From a virus: a DNA stretch of 64,000 bases. The position numbers were made by a program, and so were the translations under genes. Below the pieces are notes generated by a model. The model was not told the DNA's origin. It worked only from the letters and a program-made list of their open reading frames with translations, and did no database searches. Shown here piece after piece: positions 1 through 8,353 of this stretch. The stretch's first letter is position 1; the number at the start of each line of letters is the position of its first letter. The stretch is taken from the IMG/VR virus record IMGVR_UViG_3300017754_002544, positions 60,114 to 124,113 of that record, one strand, 5' to 3'.

Positions 1-23
1 CTACTGCACTTTTTTGGTAATCT

Positions 24-593
24 CTAAGCTCTATCTTTGACATTCTTTCCTTCCTCTATTTTTTTATTTATAAATGCTCTTACTTCAGGATATCTTTCTT
101 CTATAGCATTGCTCATTGTAAATGGTATAGGCTTATCTGAGTGTATAGGAACATCCAAGTTATCTGATTCCTCTCCGAAATTTATTTTACGTAATCTTTC
201 TTTTAAAGATGATAATTCTTTAAGAACTCCTGATTGAAAAGCTATCTCCATTTCCATTCTCTTTTCGACATTGGAATCTGCCTCATCGAATTCGGTCCAG
301 TCAAAAGCTCTAGTTACATGATTGTATCTTTTCTCTAAGATATAGTAGAACTCTAGCAATAATTTTATAGACTTATTAACTTCAGGATTACCTAATTCTT
401 CCTCAGCTAAAGAGTACAATTTAATAAGAGCTGATATGTTTCTATCATTGAGTATAGACTGTAGATTATACATGCTCTCCCTTTTTTCTAACTTAGAGAC
501 AATAGACCAGTCATGTTCTTTAATGAACTTCAATTCCTTCTTAGCCGGAGGCATAACTAAGTCAAGATGGTCTTGTATTTTTTTATCTAGCAT
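24..593 (-). CDS. hypothetical protein
   Basis: 189-aa ORF, preceded by a TAnnTTTG promoter motif at 598-605. Confidence 0.6.
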   Translation of the reverse strand: MLDKKIQDHLDLVMPPAKKELKFIKEHDWSIVSKLEKRESMYNLQSILNDRNISALIKLYSLAEEELGNPEVNKSIKLLLEFYYILEKRYNHVTRAFDWTEFDEADSNVEKRMEMEIAFQSGVLKELSSLKERLRKINFGEESDNLDVPIHSDKPIPFTMSNAIEERYPEVRAFINKKIEEGKNVKDRA

Positions 594-625
594 ATCACAA
601 ATATAGAAAAAAATTGTGACAAAAC

Positions 626-653
626 AAAAAATCCCCCCAATTTTATGGGGGGA
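626..653 (-). terminator. intrinsic terminator after nrdA
   Basis: TCCCCCC/GGGGGGA hairpin followed by a T-run on the minus strand. Confidence 0.7.
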
Positions 654-674
654 CTATTCAGAGATGAAATCTCT

Positions 675-2321
675 TTATGCTTCGCAAGAAGAACAACTTA
701 GAATATCTCTAGATACTTGTTGAGCTTTATTGACACTTCTTTGATAATACAAAGTCTTCAATCCAAGTTTCCAAGCTTCAATAAATAATGAGTTGATATC
801 TTTTAGTGGAACATCAGGATGTATCATCAAGTTCAATGATTGTGCCTGATCAATCCATCTTTGTCTTTGAGCAGCTTGTTTTACAATTTCCATTTGACTT
901 ATCTCTCCGAATGTTTTAAATACATCCTTTTCAACATCAGATAAAAAGTCTAGGTGTTGAACTGAGCCACCTTTAACCATAATACTCTTCCAAGTATCTG
1001 GGGTATCCTTTCCCTTTTCCTTGAGTAACTTTTCTAGGTATGGATTCTTATAAGAAAACTTACCCTTAGCTAAATCCTTTAAAAAGTAATTGGAATGTAG
1101 TGGTTCAATAGATGGAGATACCTGACCTAAGATAAAACTAGATGAGGTAGTTGGAGCTACTGCAACTCTTGTTGTAAATCTCTCACCATATCCCTCTAGC
1201 ATTTTAGGCTCTCCAAAAAGTAAAGCCAAACTCTTACTTGCTTGTAAACTTCTAAAGTCTATTGTTGTAAATATTTCGGCATTAAGATACATTGCATCCA
1301 TACCTTCAAATGAAATCATCTTAGACTGAAGTAAGCTATGCCATCCAAGAACACCAAGACCAATACTTCTATGTTCCTTTGCAAATCTTACCGCTTTATC
1401 CAAGAAAGGAATTCCACTAGCCTTTTCAATAAATTCTGTATAAACAGCATCAAGGAAATAGGTAAGTATTTCAATCGCATCTGATTCTTTTATCTCGTCC
1501 CAATGAATCAAATTTAGAGAAGATAAACAACAAACAAATGTCTTTTCTAAATCAGTATACTCAATTATTTCGGAGCACATCTGACTATGGTTAATCTTCA
1601 ACCCCTTATCTCTATATACTTTAGGACTTGCATTGTTTACATTATCAGAAAAGAATATGTATGGGAATCCAGTTTCAGATCTCTTCTTATGAATCTTAGC
1701 CATTATAGCTCTTTTGGATTTATCGCCATCAATCATTTCTTGCATCCAATAATCTGGAATTGTAACAGCTAAAGCTAAGTCTTGAATAGGGTGACCTTCT
1801 TCTCTACATTTTAAGAACTCTTCTATATCGGGATGGTCTATGTTTAAGTAGGCAGCAAAGTAACCTCTTCTTGCTTGACCTTGTGTGATAACATTGGTAG
1901 CAGCTTGAAACAATTCCATAAAAGATACTGGCCCATTTGATACTCCATTGTTTTTAATGGATGAACCTCTATGTCTTAGTTTACCAAAGAATCCTGCTGT
2001 TCCTCCACCATGTTTTGTTAGCATACCAATCTCAGCAGCAGCTCTTACAATATCAGATGTATCATCTTGAATATCAATACCATAGCAAGAAATTGGTAGC
2101 CCTCTATCTAATCCAAAGTTCATCCATACTGGAGTAGCTAGAGAGAAATAACCTTTAGCCATATACCCATAGAACTTGTCAGAGAAACCTTGAATACCTA
2201 AAATCTCTTCAGCTCTATTAGCTATTTGTCTAATCCTATCTTCAGGAGATACTCCAGGTAATAGGTAACCTTCATTTAAGAATCTTCTTGATTCTTCATT
2301 AAGCCAATAAAAATCTTCCAT
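675..2321 (-). CDS. nrdA: ribonucleotide reductase class Ia alpha subunit (no ATP cone)
   Basis: PISC, GGGTAG, QMCSEI, VCCLSSLN, APTTSSS, KTLYYQRS motifs and C-terminal CxxC. Confidence 0.95.
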   Translation of the reverse strand: MEDFYWLNEESRRFLNEGYLLPGVSPEDRIRQIANRAEEILGIQGFSDKFYGYMAKGYFSLATPVWMNFGLDRGLPISCYGIDIQDDTSDIVRAAAEIGMLTKHGGGTAGFFGKLRHRGSSIKNNGVSNGPVSFMELFQAATNVITQGQARRGYFAAYLNIDHPDIEEFLKCREEGHPIQDLALAVTIPDYWMQEMIDGDKSKRAIMAKIHKKRSETGFPYIFFSDNVNNASPKVYRDKGLKINHSQMCSEIIEYTDLEKTFVCCLSSLNLIHWDEIKESDAIEILTYFLDAVYTEFIEKASGIPFLDKAVRFAKEHRSIGLGVLGWHSLLQSKMISFEGMDAMYLNAEIFTTIDFRSLQASKSLALLFGEPKMLEGYGERFTTRVAVAPTTSSSFILGQVSPSIEPLHSNYFLKDLAKGKFSYKNPYLEKLLKEKGKDTPDTWKSIMVKGGSVQHLDFLSDVEKDVFKTFGEISQMEIVKQAAQRQRWIDQAQSLNLMIHPDVPLKDINSLFIEAWKLGLKTLYYQRSVNKAQQVSRDILSCSSCEA

Positions 2322-2323
2322 TT

Positions 2324-3301
2324 TTAAAATAATTCTTCTTCGTTAAATACTTTTGTTTTCTTTGCGTAATCAATTGGCTTTTTGTGGAAGAAGTCAGTCA
2401 AGGCTGATGCGTATACTTCTTCTTCCATCCAATTAGTTTTTTCTATAATTTCTTTAGCTACATCAAATGTTTCAGAGAATCCAATCTTAACAAGACACTC
2501 ATTCATTCTTCTTTTGATATAACCTTTAAGAATATCCTCTGATAAGAATTCATTTTCATATCCTTGGAGAATCCAATTAATTAAATTAGATTCAGCATTG
2601 AATGCTTCTTGAACCTCAGATAATATTTTTTCTGATAACTCTTCATCAAATATCTCAGGATACTCAGATCTTATTTGATTGATAATAGCAATACCACCTT
2701 CAGCGTGTAAATTCTCTTCTTTAGATGTATACTGTACAATATTTGACACATCCTTTAAGACACCTCTAAATCTATTGAATCCAAGAATTGTATAGAATTG
2801 AGAGAACAAAGCACAATACTCAGTAAACAATGTAAATAATATTAAAGAGTATACTATGTTTTTGTGGTCATCTTTGTATATTTTATTTACATATTTAGAT
2901 AAGTAGTCTACTCTACCTTTTACAACTGGCTCAGAGAATAGTGTTTCAAAGTCTTCTTCTAAACCAAGCTTAGATAGAATCTCAGCATAGGCTCTAGAAT
3001 GGATTACCTCAACTCCTCCAAACACAGCACCTAAGTCTGATATCTCTGGCTTAGGTAATACTCTACCTATATTGGACCAGTAAGATTTTACAGCAACTTC
3101 TACCTGAGATGTAAGTAGTATCGCTCTTTTTATTACTCCTCTTTCTTCTTCTGTTAATTTAGTCTTGAAGTCTTGGACATCGTTTTTAAAATTGAACTCG
3201 TTGTGAGTCCAATGACTAGCCCACATTGCATCTATTAGTGGGTCTGTTATATGCGAATATTCGAAAGGTTTATAGCTAATTCTTTTGTCAAAAATGCCCA
3301 T
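2324..3301 (-). CDS. nrdB: ribonucleotide reductase class Ia beta subunit
   Basis: EVIHSRAY and EENLH di-iron motifs, DFFHKKPIDY tail, adjacent to nrdA. Confidence 0.95.
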   Translation of the reverse strand: MGIFDKRISYKPFEYSHITDPLIDAMWASHWTHNEFNFKNDVQDFKTKLTEEERGVIKRAILLTSQVEVAVKSYWSNIGRVLPKPEISDLGAVFGGVEVIHSRAYAEILSKLGLEEDFETLFSEPVVKGRVDYLSKYVNKIYKDDHKNIVYSLILFTLFTEYCALFSQFYTILGFNRFRGVLKDVSNIVQYTSKEENLHAEGGIAIINQIRSEYPEIFDEELSEKILSEVQEAFNAESNLINWILQGYENEFLSEDILKGYIKRRMNECLVKIGFSETFDVAKEIIEKTNWMEEEVYASALTDFFHKKPIDYAKKTKVFNEEELF

Positions 3302-3319
3302 TTTTTTAAATTTTGAGGT

Positions 3320-3352
3320 TAAAAAATCCGGCCATAAAAAAATAAAGCCGGA
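3320..3352 (-). terminator. intrinsic terminator
   Basis: TCCGGC/GCCGGA stem plus T-run on the minus strand. Confidence 0.5.
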
Positions 3353-3406
3353 CTATAAAGATATATACAAGATATAAATCTTGCAATTAAATTAGAACAT
3401 TTAAAA

Positions 3407-3850
3407 TTATTTGGTTGCAGACTCTAATGATGGCATAAATACTTCAATAATTTTAGATTCTTTAACAACTGAAACCTCTGGTTCAAATAAGAAACCTCCA
3501 ACCTCACTCATTACAATGTCATATGCATGTTTAGCATCTTTAGCTGATGTAAGATAAGCATAAACTGTCTTCTTATCTTTTCCTGTATCATCATCAGAAA
3601 GTGTATGCTTTACTTTAACTTCAAAGTAATTTCCATAGTCTTCGTCTTCAAAGATGTCACTAAACATAACTCTAGTAATAGCTTCAACTACAAACTCACC
3701 TCTGATAACACTTCCTAGATGTGTGTAGATTTCTTCTTCCGCACTACCAAATGTATATGCGTGAACAAGAAAAGATTCAGATACTCTTTTTAAAGTCCCA
3801 TTGTCAAGACTTTTTGTGTAACGTACTTTACAAATAAATTGATTGTTCAT
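3407..3850 (-). CDS. DUF4494-like protein (Bacteroidota family)
   Basis: F.CKVRY.K...G..K.V.E.FLV.A.TF..AE pattern; ES.I.EVF end. Confidence 0.7.
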   Translation of the reverse strand: MNNQFICKVRYTKSLDNGTLKRVSESFLVHAYTFGSAEEEIYTHLGSVIRGEFVVEAITRVMFSDIFEDEDYGNYFEVKVKHTLSDDDTGKDKKTVYAYLTSAKDAKHAYDIVMSEVGGFLFEPEVSVVKESKIIEVFMPSLESATK

Positions 3851-3893
3851 GTTTTTGGTTTTTAAATTAAGATTACAAATATATACAAATAAA

Positions 3894-4214
3894 TTATTTT
3901 ACTACTAATTTTTTAGAAATATTTTTCTTTACAATTTCAGATATTGATTCTGCTAGATTTAATCCTGAAGATATCAATGGGGCAAATCTCTTTTCGTGGA
4001 AAGCTCCTTCATCTTCTATCAGAACTCCATCTATATTTATTATTGTTACAGGATTAACTATCTCTACTAATTTTATTGCTGGTTCTTCGTACTCTCTTAT
4101 GGTGTATACGACATTTTTTATTGGTAAATTTGGAAATATCTTTTCAAAATTAGGTCTTGTCTTATCGAAATTATCATCAATACATACGACCTTATCTCCT
4201 ACTTTAAACTTCAT
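3894..4214 (-). CDS. hypothetical phage protein
   Basis: MKFKVGDKVVCIDD N-terminus typical of small phage SH3-like proteins. Confidence 0.6.
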   Translation of the reverse strand: MKFKVGDKVVCIDDNFDKTRPNFEKIFPNLPIKNVVYTIREYEEPAIKLVEIVNPVTIINIDGVLIEDEGAFHEKRFAPLISSGLNLAESISEIVKKNISKKLVVK

Positions 4215-4632
4215 AAATCGCAGCTATATAAAGTTTGTACTTTGAGTTTGAAGTGTTGAATTCGTAAAACCTAGATCCTTTATCCCAACCTTGATTTGTT
4301 ATCTCAGTAATCGTAGTTGTTAACCATGTATACATGTGCCTATATTGAGGGTCTATAATACAACTAAATCCGACTTTAGGTTCATCATGTAACTTATTAA
4401 TATTGAGTCCCCCCAATTCTTCAGAAGACCATTCTACAAATTTAACTTTATAGCCACGAAGTATTTTACCATCACCTTCTCTAATTAGCATTATAGGTAA
4501 GTTTGTGATATCACATACATTACAAACATTAGATATCTCACGAGTTCCTTTTACTCTATGTGGCGTAACCTTTAGACAATTCCTACAGAATATATTACCA
4601 GCCTTCCTTTCTTTTTCTTGTGTCTCTTCCAT
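4204..4632 (-). CDS. hypothetical Zn-ribbon protein
   Basis: CxxC...H...CxxC. Confidence 0.55.
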   Translation of the reverse strand: MEETQEKERKAGNIFCRNCLKVTPHRVKGTREISNVCNVCDITNLPIMLIREGDGKILRGYKVKFVEWSSEELGGLNINKLHDEPKVGFSCIIDPQYRHMYTWLTTTITEITNQGWDKGSRFYEFNTSNSKYKLYIAAIYEV

Positions 4633-4799
4633 ACGTTATGTTATTTTTAGCTCTTATATCCTTGTGTGTAAACTGCCAAAACTCCCCTGTCTCATTTATG
4701 ATTATGGTATAAATCGTATCGGTCTCATGACCAAACTCTGTTACTAACCATATAAATCCTGGACCTTTTGGAGTGACTACCTCTATTCTATTTTGTGGT

Positions 4800-5480
4800 T
4801 CAAATACTCTCATTATTTACATCTATTATAATTTTTTCATCTCTAGTTACTAATTTTGTGTATAACTCTATATCTCTTGACCATTCTTGGCCGGTCCAAA
4901 ATTCAAATCCATGATAATTAGATTTATACAAACAACATAGTTCATAACCACCTAATAGATACACATACTCACATCCTAACAATCTAGCTGTCTCACATTC
5001 ATACATCTGTGCAACTGCACCTAATGATAACTTTGGATCAGCATAATCCCATATAAATTGATAAGCTACAAATTGATTACCGAATACTTTATATAAACTT
5101 ATACCAATTAAATCACCATCCCAATATTCAATAACACTACAATCCTTAAATGAGTCTATACTAATATTTCTTTTAAATCCATGATACTGACAATACTTTT
5201 CATATAAATCAATATACTTTTCTCTCTCAGCAACTACATCACCTGATTGTACAATTACCTTTTTAGAAAGTCTTCTAACTGTCTTGGATGGTTTATAGAT
5301 ACTTAAATCAATTCGAGTACTCCTTTCATTATACCATTTACCCTCCCATGGAATCCATCCTTGTTTAAGAGCATCATTACACGACTCTCCTTCCTCTAGG
5401 AGTCCATAAGCACAAGGTACAATGACTTCAATATCACTCACCTTTCCAAATCCTTTTACATGGTCAAATATAACTTTCAT
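4800..5480 (-). CDS. arginyl/leucyl-tRNA-protein transferase (ATE1/Bpt)-like protein
   Basis: L..GW, RIDL..YKPSK..RR, LYEKY, LSLG....YE..AR..G..YVYL.G...C..YK motifs of the ATE family. Confidence 0.7.
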   Translation of the reverse strand: MKVIFDHVKGFGKVSDIEVIVPCAYGLLEEGESCNDALKQGWIPWEGKWYNERSTRIDLSIYKPSKTVRRLSKKVIVQSGDVVAEREKYIDLYEKYCQYHGFKRNISIDSFKDCSVIEYWDGDLIGISLYKVFGNQFVAYQFIWDYADPKLSLGAVAQMYECETARLLGCEYVYLLGGYELCCLYKSNYHGFEFWTGQEWSRDIELYTKLVTRDEKIIIDVNNESI

Positions 5481-5491
5481 ATCTATAAATT

Positions 5492-5870
5492 AAAAAACCC
5501 TAGCAGTGTCTATTGATCAGGTAGTCTTACTAGGGGTTGTTACTAGTTATACAGCTCACCGCTTTCCTAGTAACGAAAAGACCAAGGCTGGTGCGCTGTG
5601 CTTACACTTGGGAAGCGTCCTTGGTACTTGACCTATAGAATAGAATCTATAGGGTTAATATCATGGCAACGGATCACCATGAGGTCCCAGTATTTGCATA
5701 CTGGTGGGGTAAGTTAACGCTGATTACGGGTTCAGCGTTAGAAACCTTTGTAGGCTCCAGACCATAAGGTAAAGAACAAAAGTTATAAATAGATAAAGTG
5801 CCTGATCCATGTACCACCGTGGGCACTTTTAGTTTATTCGGTTTCCGTTTCATGGTCATCTACTTATAAC
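5492..5870 (-). ncRNA. large multi-hairpin structured RNA of unknown family
   Basis: GC-richer intergenic stretch with ~10 consecutive helices, loop-loop complementarity and a terminal hairpin plus U-run. Confidence 0.65.
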
Positions 5871-5886
5871 TAGCAACTAGGGTAGA

Positions 5887-6300
5887 TTATTTATTTTTTA
5901 ATCTTTCCCTATATCTTTTAGTCATCATATTATTAATTGCTTTGCATTCATCACATCTACACCCCCTATCATAAGCTCCTTTACTTGGATGTTTTTTTAG
6001 TTTTTCAAAATCTATTCCTTCTAAAAGTTTAATTCTACCTTTATCAATGCCATCTTGCCAATTTTCTTTTGGACTCCCTAGAAATAAATGTTTCGGATTC
6101 ACGCACATTCTATTATCACAAGTATGACATACATATAAACCTTCAGGAATTTCACCATGGTGTATCATATATGATACTCTGTGAGAATCTATAACTTTAC
6201 CATTAAGTTTAAATGCTCCATAACCAGTTTTACCTCTAGAACATGCTGTCCATAACCAACAAGTTTCAGTTTTATTTACTTTGTCAAAAAACCTTTTCAT
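5887..6300 (-). CDS. HNH homing endonuclease with C-terminal GCRC-xx-C Zn motif
   Basis: CWLW...GYG...HRVSY...[16 protein letters not shown]. Confidence 0.9.
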   Translation of the reverse strand: MKRFFDKVNKTETCWLWTACSRGKTGYGAFKLNGKVIDSHRVSYMIHHGEIPEGLYVCHTCDNRMCVNPKHLFLGSPKENWQDGIDKGRIKLLEGIDFEKLKKHPSKGAYDRGCRCDECKAINNMMTKRYRERLKNK

Positions 6301-6390
6301 ATATTTATTTTTGTAGCAACTAATATACGAACTTTTATTTAGAAATCAAGAACAAAAGAGAGAGTATTTCATCTCTCTTAAGCTTTACTC

Positions 6391-6473
6391 TAACCGAGGG
6401 CAGGACTCGAACCTACAACGTGCAACCATTCATCAGGGTAAGATACCGTTTCCTTATTACGCACTACCTAGTT
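6391..6473 (-). ncRNA. tRNA-like element without a canonical D/anticodon arrangement
   Basis: acceptor-like AACTAGG/CCTCGGTT and T-arm GTAGG-TTCGAGT-CCTGC. Confidence 0.5.
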
Positions 6474-6477
6474 AAGT

Positions 6478-6690
6478 TTCCCACTCTGAGATTACAAGTG
6501 AGTAGTCATATCGGTTTGTTTCCTTTCAAACAACCTGCTGGGCATCCCCGTTAAAAAAAGTCAACACTACTGGGAGGAGGTGTGTCGTGCTCCTTTATTC
6601 CCATGAGACTGGCGTTTAAGGATGTCCAGTCTAATACCCTATCAAGTTTAAATGAGACATTGACAAGTCTGCTGAGTATCTCTTACTCAT
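6478..6690 (-). ncRNA. structured RNA between tRNA-like elements
   Basis: helices TGAGTA/TACTCA, AGACTGG/CCAGTCT, TGGGA-GGAG/CTCC-TCCCA; loop CATCCT complementary to downstream GGGATG. Confidence 0.4.
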
Positions 6691-6692
6691 TG

Positions 6693-6808
6693 TTATGAGA
6701 ATAGGACTCGAACCTACACCTCACGGCAGGATTTAATGTATATTCTTAGGACATGACCCCCTACCTTTTACCACCCACCATGTGCTCTACCAATTAAGCT
6801 ACCTCATT
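6693..6808 (-). tRNA. tRNA-like gene with a 44-nt insertion in the anticodon loop (identity unclear)
   Basis: normal acceptor, D arm GCTT-AATTGGTA-GAGC, CATGG/CCGTG stem, T arm GTAGG-TTCGAGT-CCTAT; loop is 51 nt instead of 7. Confidence 0.6.
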
Positions 6809-6975
6809 AAATTTGGTAGAGATTTGAACACCAACGCATGATCACCCATACGTCTCGTTTCTTTTGTTTTAGGCACTCTACCTTTGCAAGTTCGTCTTAC
6901 CTTGCGCCACCATTCGTGGAATTGCCCGAAATCCCAATGGTTGTCGTTGTACTATCAGACATCAAACGACTGCTG

Positions 6976-7050
6976 TGAGCCTGGAGAGATTCGAACTCAT
7001 CAATCTACATTTTAGAAGAATGTTGCATTATCCAGTTATGCTACAGGCTC
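6976..7050 (-). tRNA. tRNA-Arg (TCT)
   Basis: GAGCCTG/CAGGCTC acceptor, GCAT/ATGC D stem, ACATT-CTTCTAA-AATGT anticodon arm, TTCGAAT loop. Confidence 0.88.
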
Positions 7051-7129
7051 GAAAAACTACCCCATCATTTTTAAAATACAAGCAAAAATAAATGATAGGA
7101 TAGTTTTATTTGTTGACCTTAAGTTAAAT

Positions 7130-7576
7130 TTATTTTAAACTAGCTGTCTTTATTCTAGTTTTTTTCTTAGGCTTATCTTCTACGATAATCTCCTTGATAT
7201 TTTCCTTAGCATCTTCTTCGTCCATTTCTTCAGTAGAAATAGTTAGACCTGAATCAACATTTTGCTTATGTTGTTCCATTAATCTAATTGTCATATCAGA
7301 TACATTAGATCCAAGACCTGTGACAGTTTGTTGAATCATATTCAATACGCCTTGAATTTGGTGTAAGTTTCTACCTTGAATGTGGCAAAAGTATATGAAT
7401 GAATTAAATAAACCACCAGGTATTGTTACCATAGAATCTTTACTATAGGTTTGTTTAAAGTATCCACCTTTATCCAATTCTTCAAAAAGTTCATCATACT
7501 TCTTTTCCATTTCTTGATTCTCTTGTAGCATAGCTTCCTTAAGCTGCTCTTCTGTCATTTGTTCTTTGTTTTCCAT
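7130..7576 (-). CDS. hypothetical protein
   Basis: 148-aa ORF with upstream TAnnTTTG (7591-7598). Confidence 0.6.
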   Translation of the reverse strand: MENKEQMTEEQLKEAMLQENQEMEKKYDELFEELDKGGYFKQTYSKDSMVTIPGGLFNSFIYFCHIQGRNLHQIQGVLNMIQQTVTGLGSNVSDMTIRLMEQHKQNVDSGLTISTEEMDEEDAKENIKEIIVEDKPKKKTRIKTASLK

Positions 7577-7609
7577 TTTTTAATTTTTACCAAATCTAAT
7601 AATAATAAA

Positions 7610-8353
7610 TTAATTCTCAAAATATTTTTTGTAAAATTTGTAATACTCGTTTATTTCTGAAACAGTTTTATCGCATTTATCAAAAAATTTGTTAGCCCTC
7701 TCAATTGAGTAAGGAGTTTCAATACTAACTATGTCACCTGTCAGTCTTAGTGGATGACTCTCTGATCCATTACCTTTCCTATCTAACATAACAACTCCGG
7801 ACCAAACAACTTCATTGCCTTCTTCTATTAAGGAGTGAGAATACATAGTTGTTTGTTGGTAGTCTTCACTAGCATAGAAGTCTTTCTTGTTTTTTATATT
7901 GCCAGTTTTAAAATCTATAACTTCAACTTGACCCTTAGCTAATCCATCTAGTTCTGCATCATCGTTAACACCTATTCTAGTTCTATCTATGAATCCTTGA
8001 ATGACATATCCTAATGGTCTATGAATAACTATCTCTCTTTCATACTCGCAATTTTCTGGTCTACCTACTTTCATAAGTGTTTCGATATCAAAAGTAGATA
8101 GTTCACTATATTCATCAACACCTTTTTCAAACCACTCTCCCACTACTGAACCAAAGTGAGTGAAGATATTTCCTGGATCTTTTATGCCTAAGAAATAGTT
8201 CTCTATATAGTCTCCTTTATAGGTAGGGTTATTCCAACTTTCTATTTGACTATAGCTTATTTTAGGAAAGCCTTCAAACTTTTTGAATTTATTTTCTCCA
8301 CTAGGATTATCGTATACCCTAGGCAATTCTATTTTAGATTTTTTAGATGTCAT
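7610..8353 (-). CDS. PD-(D/E)XK family exonuclease
   Basis: ISYSQ, GFIDR, VIDFKTG, QTTMY motifs. Confidence 0.8.
   Translation of the reverse strand: MTSKKSKIELPRVYDNPSGENKFKKFEGFPKISYSQIESWNNPTYKGDYIENYFLGIKDPGNIFTHFGSVVGEWFEKGVDEYSELSTFDIETLMKVGRPENCEYEREIVIHRPLGYVIQGFIDRTRIGVNDDAELDGLAKGQVEVIDFKTGNIKNKKDFYASEDYQQTTMYSHSLIEEGNEVVWSGVVMLDRKGNGSESHPLRLTGDIVSIETPYSIERANKFFDKCDKTVSEINEYYKFYKKYFEN

Noticed and set aside
5492-6330. Group I intron or HEARO/IscB element around the HNH
   Set aside because: No interrupted host gene or P7 consensus recognised; the 137-aa HNH lacks RuvC/PLMP motifs.
6420-6465. Hammerhead ribozyme (GAAA and CTGATGA present)
   Set aside because: No room for stem III and the NUH cleavage site in the required order.
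7610-8353. Cas4 as part of a CRISPR system
   Set aside because: Lacks the four-Cys Fe-S motif; it looks like an ordinary phage PD-(D/E)XK nuclease.
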